64,000 nucleotides of DNA from Lytechinus pictus (lineage: Eukaryota): the NCBI RefSeq assembly GCF_037042905.1, contig NC_087249.1, positions 7,380,001-7,444,000 of the forward strand. Reading direction: 5' to 3'. The position numbers and the translations under genes are program-made. Of the stretch, positions 46,011 to 59,075 are shown in pieces. Numbering within the stretch: the stretch's first letter is position 1; every line of letters starts with the position of its first letter. The notes under the pieces were generated by a model. It was not told the DNA's origin. It saw nothing but the letters and a program-made list of their open reading frames with translations, and did not search any database.

Positions 46011-49000
46011 TATCATATATATATATATATATATCTCTCTCTCTCTATGGTCAGACCAAAAGACGTTAAACAGGATATTGCTGCTCTACCCTGTTCGGTG
46101 TTCAACGATTTAGCATGTTTAGGGGATAGAGCAACGTCGATCTGCCGCTGCACAGGGGCTGCTGGGCCCACGATCAATTCTTGGTCAAAATGAATTTTCG
46201 GAGTATTTCCAATTCGTATTCCATTCCGAACAATACAATGTGAAATGTTTAAATGCCAAAGATCTGATATGGTCCCAATCGATCACTCTCCACTCGGAGT
46301 CGATGGTTGTACGTAACCAGTCATTTTAGAAAGAACTGAGGAGCGTTTCATCGACATTTTCATCCGACAAGTTGTCATGCAGACTAATCTGACAACTTTC
46401 CTTGCTTTTGATTGGCTGAGAAGCATCGTTACTATGACAACTGTCGGGTAAAACAGGACTTGTCGGATAAGACGTCCGACAAGTCCTTTCTTGAACATGT
46501 TGAAACCCTCCTTATGCAGAGTGCACTAGTGAAAAGAGGTAAAATCCACTCTCAAAAGACGCCTCTTACTCCAAAAGGAGTGAGAGCATCTCACTCCAAG
46601 GGGAGTGTGAGTGGTGGCTTGATTAACAATTTTGTGTTTTGGGGTTGCATGGATTTACAAGGCAATTACAAGTACATTGAATTTCATCTAACTTTGACGA
46701 ACCCAAACCCCAATTCTACTCGGCCTTTGGCGAACATAATTATTGCCTTCATATATTATAGTGAATAAACAAAATCTAACACAAATATGCACTCTAGATT
46801 AATGAACTAATATGAGAGCGGCACTGTTGCCATAGCTAGCAATTGGGCTGTAAGTATATTATATACTGTATATTTAGCTATCAATAAGATTCGTGACTAA
46901 TAGTCAGTCAAGCACGGTGAGAATATAGCCAATCTAGTAATGAAATGATAATTGGGGCGAGAATTTTATTTACCCCGAACCACCGACTGGGTATGATAAT
47001 CGTTATAATCATGATAATGAAAGGAAAGTAATGCACGCGTTGAGGAATTACACTCAAAGATCCTCGAGTGGGATGTAAAATACAACACAACCGTGCCTTG
47101 TTTACAGTAGGAGTGAATAGATGCATTGGCCCGTATTCTGAACTCAGGTTTTATAATTCAAACTCTGGTGGGTATTTCATAAAGCTGTTCATAAGTTAAG
47201 AGCGACTTTAAGATCGACTGGTGATCCCTTCTTGTTGTAAATGGTATATTCATTGGCGATGGTTTACCAGTCGTTCTTAAAGTCACTCTTAACATACGAA
47301 CAGCTTTATGAAACGGCCCCCTAAAGTTGTGGTTTGAATATGGATAGCTAATTGCGACATAAATTTTCAACAGTATAGAGGTTCAATGTTTTAAAAGCAG
47401 AAAACCTTGTCGAAATGGTTGGCCATCATCATCATGATCATTATGCATGTGTCTACAATGATCAATTTTGGATTTTAGAACCATTTCCCTTATTTGGTAA
47501 ATACTTGACCGAAAAGAGTACGTGCTTGTTTATTCAGACATTTATTTTCAGATAGAACATTCATTATGCATCCTAAAACATTTGATCAGATGGAAATGTT
47601 ACGTCATACTAACAGGCAGATTGATCGATTTGCCCAAGCCAGCTCAAGACAAAATAATTGCTGCGCGCGTGCAATTAACACGACGAAAACATTGCGTATA
47701 TTAAAGGTGGCATGCAATAATTCAAAAGCTCTCGATACACGGAATATAAAATTAACATGGTGGGACAGTGTAATATTACAAGGGGGGCAGGGTAGGGTAG
47801 GGTGGAGGAGAGAAGGCCCATTAAACATGTTAAAAGCTCTCTATATATTGACACGAAATATGAAATCACACGCAGGGTCGGGATGGGTTATTCAAGGGGG
47901 GGGGGGCAATAAAGGCAACCCTTAGTTGAAGTCAGGCATGCTTTCCTTTTTCAATTAAATAACTGAGGAAGTCTACTTACTTACACGACCCAGATGATAG
48001 GCCTACTCTTTCTTCCATTTCTAATATTTTAATTCCTTTTCTCTCATTCATTTTTTCATCTATTTCTTAACAATACATGTAGGCCCTAATCACTGGGGAT
48101 CCAGGCAAGGGTAAATCTGGCCATTGCCCCCTCCCCCAATTTGAGAGCCATAACAAATATTTGTTAGGGGAATATGTCGTACATTTGCAAGTGGTGACTC
48201 TTTTTTTCTTGACATAAATCACCATTAATCGGAAGTGCCTTTTTTTTTTTTTGGGGGGGGGGGGCTTGTTTTTTTTTTTATAAATAAATGTCCCCTCCCC
48301 CTTTAAAAATCGTGGAGCCGCCCCTGGCACTAATGGAAAATTCATGGGAGGTGGGCTCGTTCCCTCTCCCTCCACTTGTGGTAGGCCTACCATCCAGACT
48401 GCTTATATCATATACCGGAGAAAGTAAATATTCTTTACGTGGAAACATTTTATGAGAATGCCATGAATTAATAACAGCATCTCGTAATGCTCATTGAAAA
48501 AAGTAATTGTAATGTGGAAGGATATACTCCGAAATATAACAAACCGAGTTTTTTCGAGGGGTTCGATTCTTTCTCTTTTCTCTTTTTCTCCTTTTCTTCC
48601 CCTATTCGCTCTTGCTTTTGACAATTTTAGCGGGTTCGATCAAACGCCCCAAACCCCCTAGGTTATAGCAAGTGGCTTTACATTTTAAAACAATATGACG
48701 TTGAATTAAAACAACATTTATAGAGCATAGAATTAAAAAAAAAAACATCTATAGACTTTTACTTACTCGCAGGCAATAGGACAGATACATTCAAGTTTGC
48801 CTTCGTGAAAGAATTGCTCAATAGCCTGGCGACACACCTCTGAAAAATAAAAAATAATTCGATTTAAGTTCAAATCCAACTAAGTGACATAGTGAATTAA
48901 ATTAATAGTTTAAAACAAAAAGAAAGATGGTCGAAGTGGAGGTGGAAAAAATGGAAATGGTGGAGAAAGCGATAGAGAGGGAAGAGGAAATGAAGTGGAT

Positions 49001-52000
49001 GTGAAAAGACAAATGATGAAAAAAGAAGGAGGGAGGGATGGAGAGGTCGGTGGAAGTATATAGGAATGAACGTAGAAGAAGGTATACGCAAAGTATAAAC
49101 CCCCTTTTTGGGATCATTAGACGATTTACTGATTTGAATATAGACTGCATGAAATATGGGAAACAGAAAATTATAATTAGAGCTATCACTGACAGTATGT
49201 TGGATGTTTGTCCCATTTCGTTCCATATCTACCATCAGAAATGGACGATTCATTCATTTTGGAAGAATGGCTGCATTGCAATCATACGATGGGGGTCAGA
49301 TGTCCGGACACTTACGCAGATAAAAAAAATCAAAATCCAGCTTTTTCTCAAGAATTGTGCATTAAATAGCAAATATAAATATATTCCCTCTTCTACTATG
49401 TCTGATAATACTTTCAATTGGTTTATTAAATGTTGATCGCAAAGTTATAGCCATCTTGTCCGGTCAAACAACCCATCCGGACATATAACCGGGTAGATAT
49501 GTATTTTCAAATTTCTTATAGTGCCTCGTGTAATTTGCCTTTGAAATTACACAAAAATCAAAGGAAACGTACGTTCGGTCTTGTTTCGGGGGCTACAGAT
49601 CGTGTCGTTCATCATGATATCGGTCACACACCCGCACTTGTTGAATAGATGCTGCTGAACACAAGACTTGACACAAGCCCGGGTCGTGTAGGCGTATTCT
49701 TCTGATGTGAAATTCGTCTGAGTCCCATCCGTACAATTACCGTGCGGATCCGATAGCCGCTCAAAGTATGACTGAAAAAAAGTGAATTATACAACAATGT
49801 CAGGTTTTTTGTTGGATCTTTTCCAACATTAGCGTATTTATACCATCCACTTCGCAGACGCTTTCTGCAACGTTCAGAATCTATTGAAAATGCTCGTCAA
49901 ATCACAATGGACAGATTAGAGGTCTTTGTCGAAAGTTGGTGGACTGGGACAGCGCATCGTCTTAAGATTCGGACCAATATGTCGTTTGTCCAGAGTCCCA
50001 GGACGACACTGCTGTTTGATTCTCCGATTTTCGACAAAGGCTGCTTCTTTACACAAATAGCACATTGTTTAAGCCTCTCACTCTAGCAATAGGTTGTTTA
50101 AACTCTTTTTCTGTAATTTTCAAAACTTTTTAAGCATCTTGTTAAAAAAAATTTAAACAAAAGTTGTTAAGAGTGATGGGCTTAAATAACGTGCTTAAAA
50201 TTTTAAACAGCATTTTTACAGTGTATGAAGGGCTTTTGACAAAAGATTATCTGCGTTATAGAAATCGCCTGCGAAATAATGGCTAAAATACACTAAAGAG
50301 ACCCATTATTAATATGTGGCGATTCCTTGATATTTCTCGCCACTTTTAATAACGATGGGGGGGGGGGGGGGGGGCGCTCCTCTCTTAAAATGATGTGAGT
50401 CAATATGCGACGAGTAAGCCTATATAACCATTGATACCAAAATTTTATACACTTTCTGAGGCAGCATTGAATATTTAGAAGGGAAAGACGACCAATTAAC
50501 AGTGACATCGAAATTTGTTTTTAATTGAATCGTAAGGGTATTGTATATAGGGTTATACGGCCCAAACCTCCCCTCCCTTCTCACCCCCCCCCCTCCTGTC
50601 CCTCTTTATTTTTTTATTCCCCCCTTTCTTTCACTGATTGAAAAATCATAGGGGCACCCTTTTCCCTCTGTAGTGCCGCACATGCACACTTTATATATTT
50701 TTATTGTTTTAAATGGATATTGATTGCAATTATTATTTTTTCATTAAATTTTCATTAATTCATGTCTATTCGTATCATATTCATATAAGTACGATCATGT
50801 GCTTCATCTAATTGAGTTAATGAAATGAAATGCTTTTATCGTAATGAGTGATGTATAGAAATATATTTGCGTTTCGGGATGAATATTTCTATGACTTATT
50901 CTACGAATCACTCTCGTTCTCCACCCCCCCCTAAAAAGAAAAAGACCTTGAGATGTTGAAATTACCGACATGCCAACAATGATACATTTAACATGGACTG
51001 GAAATCGCTGGAATAATGGCCGATAGCCTACTTAATTCGAATGGATGTTGAAGTTGAAGAATTAGAATTTGAATTAATTTCACCTATTCCACAAATGAAT
51101 TATACAAGAACATTATACATTAAAAGATTCAATATGATACATAAATCACACACGGCTAAATGATACAGCGATTCGAAATCAAAGACAATGTAGAAGAAAA
51201 ACGAGAACTAAAGCAGTTGAGAAAAGAGAGGTGGAAATAAAAGAAGGGAGAGATAGTACATACAAAGGTGAAATAAAAAATAGAAGTGAGAGAGGAATGA
51301 GAAAGGGGGAGAGTAAAAGAGAGAGGGGAGAGAGAGAGAGGGTGGGGGCTGGTGGGAGAGAGAGAGAGGGGGGGGGGGGTGAGAGAGAAAGATAGAGAAA
51401 ACAACATGTGACTTCCAGGGCATTACATAAATTCAAATGATTGCACATATACCCCGACACAGGCAAATGACCAGATTACAACGTTTCTTCCTTCCTTGGA
51501 TATACATATAAATGGATATTTGTTTCCTTCCACACACCATACACTCCCAGAAAAAAAAAAACAATTAATGAATCGATAAAGAAATGCCAAAACATGACAA
51601 TTGTCGGTATTTCAAGAGGGTGACACGACATTTGCTCCTGCGACATTTGCTCCGGTCTTAATATCTCAGAGGGCATAGGGTTAGATTTAGGATTGTAATA
51701 GAGTTTTTTTTGTACAGAATAATGAAAAGATAAGTTTTAAGGTTTATTTAATCCACAGGGTTAAGGTTACAGTTTTATGTTAGGCCTAACGTGCAGATTT
51801 TCCATCAGAGCAATTGTCGCCGGAAAAAAATCATGGAACCTTAAAGAGTGTAGGCCTACATGAAAAAAAATGTGCTTGCCACTATTACTCAGCTAGAGCG
51901 TATTACCACACACATCATAATTGGGTAACTTATAAATAAAGCAGAATTTCATGAATGGTCGTGTCAAAGGTCTTTGGAGGTATGGAATACCATCATTACT

Positions 52001-55000
52001 TATTCTCCAAATTGCCCCGGCACCCTACAGAAAATCGATGAAAAGAGGAAGGTAAAATGATTCTTTGTGCAATATCAACATCATTTCGGGACAGAGTTCC
52101 GTCGGATATGGAATAAGAATAGGAATAGAGTTCCTATTTTGGACTGATTTTTGTCCGCTAAGGATTCATATTACCTATACACAGCCGCATATCCAATGGG
52201 CTGAGGACTTTACAAGAAATCTCAAAAAGACAGAGCATGTAACTCCAGGGATGCGGAAGCCGGCCTTTTTATATCTTTTTGGTTGCCGTTTGTTTGTCAA
52301 AATCTATTTTTAAGGAAAAAATGGAGCAAAGTCCGCCCCTGCGCAGCTCCTTCATAATCTCTCTGTTCTGATAATGTATACCCAAACGTAGCTTTATTCA
52401 TTATTTAATTTTACCTGAAACGAAATTATGAAATAGAAACGTCTCGTTATATATTTTTTTAATGTTTCCATAAAAAGTACACTGTGGGTGATTGGCAGTA
52501 ACCTCCTTATGTTTTTAAATAATTCCTTTCCAGTGCTTTATGTCCACGTGAGATCACTATGTGACGGAAAAAGTAATTGAATTTTACTTGAATCATAAAT
52601 TGCAATTTGATTAGTGTTGAGTTAATTAATTACGCGGCTTGAGTTGTGCTCTTCAGGACTGCATGGATGAAGCATTATTGACAGCAAATAATGATTGGAT
52701 TAGTCCTTTTTACGAATACTTTTATCAATTAGGTTGATTGTACGATGAGAATTTACAACATTGTTCCCTTTGTATTGGATTTTCAATAGGAAAAAGACCA
52801 TATAACATTTTCAGAATACTGTGTCCATCTAATTTCGATAATTGATAATAGATGAATGTATTATAGGCCTATTCGATATGAATTGTAATATCATTCTATC
52901 GCTCACGATCGATAGTTGGAGGTTTATAATAAATTGATTTGAAATCAGTTGTTTTATTTCTCACAAGTCATGGTGTAATACCACGTGGGCGTAATTCATG
53001 TGGTCTACTCTTTAATTTAATATAATTCGACAATTAGTCTAAAATCTTTTTATTCTGATTAGTTTTCACTCCAAAATAGTGATTTTTGTAATTCTACTCT
53101 TTACTGATTTTCAGGGGGCGCTACCTATGGTGTATAACACACAGCATCCCCAGACAAATCTTGGGGGTGCTTCAGCGCCCCAGCACCCCGCTTCCCAGGG
53201 CCATGTTGGACACATGCCCCTTACCCCTTACGAAGAACAAAATGAAAATGGCTAAATCTTAAAGAGAAACGCAGGGAAAATAATGATTTAGCGTTTATTA
53301 TGCAAATAAAATAAAATAAAACTTCCATTTGAAAAAAAAAATCTCCCACAGCGAACACTGTCTGGTAATGTGTGTAGTGTAGATGGAATGCCTAGCATCT
53401 TTAACCACCAGGGGAAAGAATTTTCGATATATTGATATTTCTTTAGATAGTATTAATGTTAACTTAAAATCATGAGTCAAAATGTTATAAAATGATACTA
53501 TTACAATTTGGTACGAAAATGAGTTATAACAAGGCCCGATGAATCGGGGGTGACGGGCAACACCCCCACTTTTTTTCAGTAACCACAGTGTACCATGTAC
53601 AAATGTAAAAGTGACCATCAAATTGTGATTGACGTGTATTCATGTAAATAGAATAATAATAATACGCATTTATATAGCGCAAAGACTATTTCTATATAGT
53701 CTATTGCGCTGTAAGAGCTTCCAAGATGCTGTACATACTATTGGAATAGAGAGGTTTTTAATTTTAATTTGAAATTATGTAACGTTGTTGAATTCACCAA
53801 ACCATCATTTTATTGTTATATAATTATCTATATTTGTATGTATTTATGTAATTGTTTGTACCTGATGATGGTTGAATAAATAAATTGAATTGAATTGAAT
53901 TCCTAATGTCGAGGGGAAGTTTGTTCCATAGTTGTGAGGCTGATGTGATAAATTACCTATCTCCTATAGTGTTGCTTTAGTCTTGTGTGGGGGTACTTAA
54001 AGTGTGAGCGTATCTTGTGAGCTACGAAGGTGATGGTCATGAGATCGGGATTTTAATGTCAAGAGATCTGAGATATAACTTGGGGCCTGACCAGGTTGAG
54101 ATCTTAAATGTGATTTTTTTTGCCGGACAGGTAACCAGTGTAATTCTCGCAATAATGGGGTGACAGGAGAGAATTTGGGAAGACGACATATTATTAAACG
54201 TGCACATGGGTTTTGCGCTCTCTACAATTTGCTTATTTCTTCGGTCCAACCCCACCCCCCCCCTACCCACCTTCCAGCCCAGTCTCCACTTTCAAATTCG
54301 TTCCGCGGCCCAACATTGCATCTGTGCAAAATACTACTGAACAAAATAATGATAATCTGGGTCCGTCACACAAAGGTTAACGATTGATCGTATGCTTGAT
54401 TTTCACGATTGTTTGTTCATGTAGTCAATGGAATCAATCGTAGAAAAATGTTCTACGATCATTGCTAAGTTTTGTGCTACGGGCCCCAGAACGCGCCCTT
54501 CTTTGCGGAAGCGGTCAAATACATAGTAAACCATTGGGTGATTTCAACTTCAGTGTTGACCTTTTGGTGTTGGTGTTAGGTTAATTTTTACACGATTATA
54601 CACCAAACACAAAATGAAGATGGTCCCGAAAAGTCACCCTGTAGTTGTTGAGAAGTCAATAATGTGGTCTAGATCAGTTTTACAAAATCTGAATAAGTTT
54701 TGGAGCAAGGGAAGCAATCCAAATTTCAACACCAACAACAACACCAAGGCTAACACCGGACTTGAAATCACCCATTATGCTAACATATCGTCGTTATCTT
54801 TTTCCCCCAAGCAAATTTCCACTCTCCATGCTCTGCAGTTCCTAATGCAATCATAATGCTGATCAATTAATAATTATGAATTGAATATTCAATAATTACA
54901 TAATATTATACCTATTATACATATTTTCATTCCATGTTTACACTGAAGGGCGATTCCATACGTGCCGTACGGGACATCTCGACAACAATTTCTAGTCTCC

Positions 55001-56530
55001 AGTATATAGTACTTTATTATTACCACAAAGCAAATCGAAGTTCCTCGTTTGTTTGGACAGTAGGTTGAAAAACTGAATGTTGCGAAAATGGCTTATTTTT
55101 CTAGCATGGAATCGCCCTAAATTGCTATCTTCATTCCCGTCATTCGAGAAGTTCATTCAATTTTCATTGGATCAATTATTTTATTAATCCGATTACACGT
55201 ACTCAGCCGCAGCACATCAATCAATTCGCAACGTGGATCCTGACATTTGTGAGTGGATATTATAAACTCTTTTTTTATTATCTTTATTCAAGCGGAGATC
55301 AAAAGGGCAATTACTATAAAAAGCTATCAATATGTAAACACTTAATCAATTAAAAGAGGGGGGGGGGAGGATTGGGGTTGTAGAACTCCTTTGTTATTTT
55401 GTAATACTTTTGCCATTATAACCGATGGAAGTTTTTCCCTTTTTAAAGTACATTTTGAACGATTCTAACATGTATGTATTCCATCATTCTTTATCTCTAA
55501 AAACAAAAAGGTTTTATTGAGTTTTCATGATTTTGTGTAACAAATCACATATAAACAATACAAGTAATTTGAAAAAATAAAAATAAATAATAAAAAAGCA
55601 GCATAAACATTATTAGTTTACATTAGAAAAAGTACAGCTTATCAACTTATCTTTTAACTGCTGATCAAACGTTTAGTTTGCAGACAGAGACCCTGATTGA
55701 AACTTTTATCAACAAGTGGGTATCCACACAAGACTATAGCGCATATAAAACTCGCTGTTGCAATTTCAATTCCTGAGCGAGAAGGCATTCTGTACACACA
55801 CATAATTCTAGGCAGGTCTTGTAGGCTGTCCATTAAGACCGTATAAAACGAGGGAAAGTAGCGCAGACTAACCAAAATCACAAGCATATTTCTTTTCATT
55901 TCATTTTTACCATTAGTTTTCTGACCTGGATGGGGTTGGGAGGTTTCGGGAGGAGGACCTGTGGGTTGTGGCTATTAAGTTAGCCTTTTCCATACCCAGG
56001 CAGCCTCTCCAACTCTCATCCAGGTCTTATTTTCTCTATCAAAGTATCATGTACAATTTTGATTGATCTTGTCTCTGATCTGTTTGTATTCTTTGTTTTT
56101 TGAAATGCCAAATAAAATAATAATAATAATAAAAACATGTAGCAAGTTTCTATACGTACAAAAATTATAGCTACGATATTGCTCTTACAGGCATACAAGC
56201 TTCCTTTATAAGAACTATTGTTTATTATGATTATATTTAATTTGTTTTATGGCTCATAATTATCTATGTCTTGTTTGTATGTCTTGGTATTGTATAATTT
56301 CAATGGAAATTTAATCAATAAACTCAATCAAATGAAATGAAATTCAATTTAACAAAAATATCGTACCTGTCTGATACCGATGTTTGTGGCCTGTCCTGTG
56401 GAGGCAACTACCCCGTCATCCTCGGGGAAGGGGAGTACGTCCGGGGGATGAACGGCGACTCGAACCCCTGCCTCCTGAGCAAAGAGCCCCACGTATTCCG
56501 GCTGCTCGGTGAATAGTGTCAAGTGTAGGC
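41817..56530 (-). CDS. DEG/ENaC channel subunit, gene B; last 7 exons, 5'-partial (upstream exons beyond the right edge)
   Basis: Exons 56530-56367, 49771-49573, 48839-48767, 45402-45345, 43845-43778, 42670-42595, 41981-41817 (803 nt), all GT-AG and in phase. Motifs [18 protein letters not shown], 10-Cys thumb, [20 protein letters not shown]2 [22 protein letters not shown], stop TAA. None of these exons appear in the ORF track. Confidence 0.95.
42470..42575. repeat. (CTT/CTC)n microsatellite
   Basis: Directly visible, about 20 nt into the intron after the 42595 donor. Confidence 0.9.
42595..42670 (-). CDS. Gene B exon (pre-TM2 beta strand)
   Basis: ttcacag|(R)[25 protein letters not shown]|gtacgt; 76 nt. 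Confidence 0.95.
42930..43766 (+). mobile_element. Helentron-associated (HINE/DINE-like) element with internal ~180-bp repeats
   Basis: About 4 imperfect units (GACCTTTGACC, TTACCCAAG..AAGTGTGAACATA, TTAGAGCAAGTTGAACAAAA), (GACTAACA)n microsatellite, terminal hairpin GTCTCT..AGAGAC and an A-run. Left boundary uncertain. Confidence 0.65.
43778..43845 (-). CDS. Gene B exon (knuckle)
   Basis: atatcag|[24 protein letters not shown]|gtaagg; 68 nt, phase 0 to 2, as required by the flanking exons. Confidence 0.85.
44404..44710 (+). mobile_element. Tandem pair of ~155-bp Harbinger-like MITEs
   Basis: GGGG..GTTTCATCAACAT...ATGAAACGCTCCC twice head-to-tail, joined at CTG. Confidence 0.75.
44719..45311 (-). 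mobile_element. Kolobok-like MITE (family of 38097-38688, opposite orientation)
   Basis: TTAA|AGGTCAAGTCCACC...GGTGGACTTGTCCT|TTAA; ends about 33 nt from a gene B splice donor. Confidence 0.85.
45345..45402 (-). CDS. Gene B exon (homolog of gene A exon 10)
   Basis: tttgaag|(E)[19 protein letters not shown]|gtatgt; 58 nt. Confidence 0.92.
45820..46200 (+). mobile_element. tRNA-derived SINE interrupted by a (TA)n mini-element
   Basis: TGGCTCAGTTGG A box, GAGTTCAAGCCC B box; core GTCAGACCAAAAGAC split by the insert. 3' end approximate. Confidence 0.75.
45921..46049. mobile_element. 129-bp (TA)n element with CATAGA/TCTATG termini and 8-bp TSD
   Basis: GTCAGACC|CATAGATATA...TCTCTATG|GTCAGACC. 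Confidence 0.75.
48767..48839 (-). CDS. Gene B exon (homolog of gene A exon 9)
   Basis: ttttcag|(Q)[25 protein letters not shown]|gtaagt; 73 nt. Confidence 0.93.
49573..49771 (-). CDS. Gene B exon (homolog of gene A exons 7+8 as one exon)
   Basis: ttttcag|[67 protein letters not shown]|gtacgt; 199 nt. Confidence 0.94.
56367..56530 (-). CDS. Gene B exon (homolog of gene A exon 6)
   Basis: gaccag|(G)[54 protein letters not shown]|gtacga; 164 nt. Confidence 0.94.
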
Positions 56531-56800
56531 CTGGTCAATCGCGTGAAAAAAAATGATTGTTGGGTATGTGAAGGTCATTAAGGTATATTTACTTTTATCT
56601 CGGTAGTTTTTATTTGTCTAAAAACATTGAAAGTTTACAAAACATAATATTCAACATGTTAGAACAGGACATTGATTGACAATTTTTACAGAAAAAAATA
56701 GTGAATACGCCCTAATTATATTGTTTTTTTAATTCAAAACATATAAATTAATTGTTTCTGGGTACCCTGGCCCTACCGAAGAGACAATTATTAGACCATA

Positions 56801-57038
56801 CACTGTTAAAAACAATTTAAATAACGATGTTTTGTATATGAATCGCACAGTAGTTATTTTTAAACAATTTAAACAAGTGTTTAAAATCTTAAACAACCAT
56901 GATCAAATTATTGATAATTAAATATTTGAATTTAAGCTTTGTTGTTCATCAAGATTTTAAACACTTGTTTAAAATGTTAAAACAACTGCTGTGCGATTCA
57001 CATATTAAACAGCGTTGTTTAAATTATTTTTAACAGTG
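56801..57038. mobile_element. Palindromic CACT(G)-terminated MITE (EnSpm-like)
   Basis: TA|CACTGTTAAAAA...TTTTTAACAGTG|TA with arms inverted over about 95 bp. Confidence 0.78.
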
Positions 57039-57838
57039 TAGTGAAAATGGGTGTGTATAATGCACAGGCTAGCATTTTGATGTATAACGTTTTATTACAT
57101 CCATGCTTAAAGTAACATTTTCTCGAATGTATTAATCTTTTTATCATTTTAGATATTACGGCTGGTATGTATAATGTTTGATTGTACTTTCTTTTTACTA
57201 TTGAATTGTTGTTCGTACATGTAAATCTATTTCAATTCAGCCTAATTGGCTGCGATATAGATTATATCCTTATCATGCCAATAAAACCATACTTTACTAT
57301 CAATTGAATTACGTAATATTTCGAAAAATAAACTACGCAATTTCGAAGGTTATACCGTGGGTTGCCGATTTTTGACGCGATCCCTCGGTCGGTTGATACT
57401 GAAAATCCCAAACAGGGACCAGTTTTATAAAACTTGTCAAAACAGATTTCTAAAAATAATAAACTTGTTATAAAAATTGTGCATTGTTATTGTAACAATT
57501 CTTCATGAAACCGGGCAAAAAAAATTGAGTGTGAAATCGCATATCGCGTAAAATTTATGAATATTTGCGAGCGAGCACAAATTTCGACGTTTTTATAACA
57601 AAAATCAAATTTTGTGATAGATTTTGACATATTATTCAGAAAATTATATCATATTTTACCCTTCTCTCTTTCCTTTTTCTTTCTTCTTCTTGGACGTGAT
57701 TTTTTTTTTGGGGGGTGGGGCAAGAGCCATCTGTAGCACTTTTGAGGTGTAATTGTGCACCTTATCAGTAATATTTTGTGCAAAGTTACACCTTTCCAAA
57801 AAGGTACTCCCAATACTACATCTGGTCTGCACCTTTAT

Positions 57839-58425
57839 AGGTCAATCCCAACAAAAAGTATATTTGAATAAAAAAAAGAAATATAAAACAAGCATAACAC
57901 TGAAAATGTCATCAAAATCGGCTGTAAAATAAGAAAGTTATGACATTTTAAATTTTCACTTAATTTCACAAAACAGTTAATAATTATGCTCATCCTGGTC
58001 GGTATGCAAATGAGGAGACTGATGACGTCATCCACTATTTCTTGTGTATTTTATTATATGAAATATTCTAATTTTCTCCTTATTGTCAAGTGAAACAACA
58101 ATCAAATCCCCCTGAACATGTGGAATTAGCATTGTTAAATACTATATGGTTCAGTAAAGTTGGTCCTTATTGTCAAATCTGTAAAAATGAAATATTGCAT
58201 AATTCAAACAATAAAAAATAAGAAAAGATATATGGACATCATCGACTGTCTCATTTGCATGTCATTGAGTCGTGCATATCACTGTTTTGTGAAAAATAAG
58301 GGAAACTTTAAAATGTTCTAACTTTCATTCATTTTACATCCAAATTTGATGAAATTTTCAGCTTTATGCTAGTTTGATTTTTGTCTATTTATTCAAATCA
58401 AAATTTTTCTGGGTGGACTTGACCT
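57839..58425 (+). mobile_element. Kolobok-like MITE (third copy, more diverged)
   Basis: Aligns along its length to 38097-38688; ends GGGTGGACTTGACCT. Confidence 0.8.
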
Positions 58426-59075
58426 TCAAATATGCAAAGTTAACCCTGTTTTTCTTAGTGTGTAGTGAACTATGCCAAAAGAGATCCATACTTTTAAAAC
58501 GCTCAAAATTAACAGCGCGAAGATTTGATATTTTGTTCCACATTATGAATACGAGTACACTGTGGAATACTACCTATTCTATCCAGCTATTATTATGCAC
58601 ACAATTACCAGATTACCGGAGTTCATATTCCAAGTGAGCTTTCATAATCTCTCATGGACTTCGGGTACGGGCGGAGAAATTTATAACTTAATCATCGGAG
58701 AAAACTCGATGCATACTAATTTTTTTTTACCTTTATCAATTTCCCTGATTAACCCGAAGGGTATATGGACAATGATCGATTATCACATTTAGACATCCAT
58801 CATCGTTACTCTGCCGCAGCTTCAATTAAATGGAGTAAACGATTATAACTCATTTAAATGAATAATATTAATAGTTCGAAGAACATTCAATTTAATGGCA
58901 TGAAAATGGAGCAATCATATTCAGGGTGATTTCGCTTCATTTGCACCCAGAATGTTCTTTTAAGTTGTATTCCGGGGGGGGGCACTTACATTGACGAGTG
59001 GATACCATGCGCGACGCAAAAACACGTAAAAAGGATGTCTTTTTCAAGATAGGACACGTTACGTACGTAACGTAA

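Noticed and set aside
58585..58612. GNC codons on the minus strand as the missing GNCYTFN exon of gene B
   Set aside because: Reads GNCVHNNSWIE* with no TFN and no suitable splice sites; the real exon is probably beyond the window.
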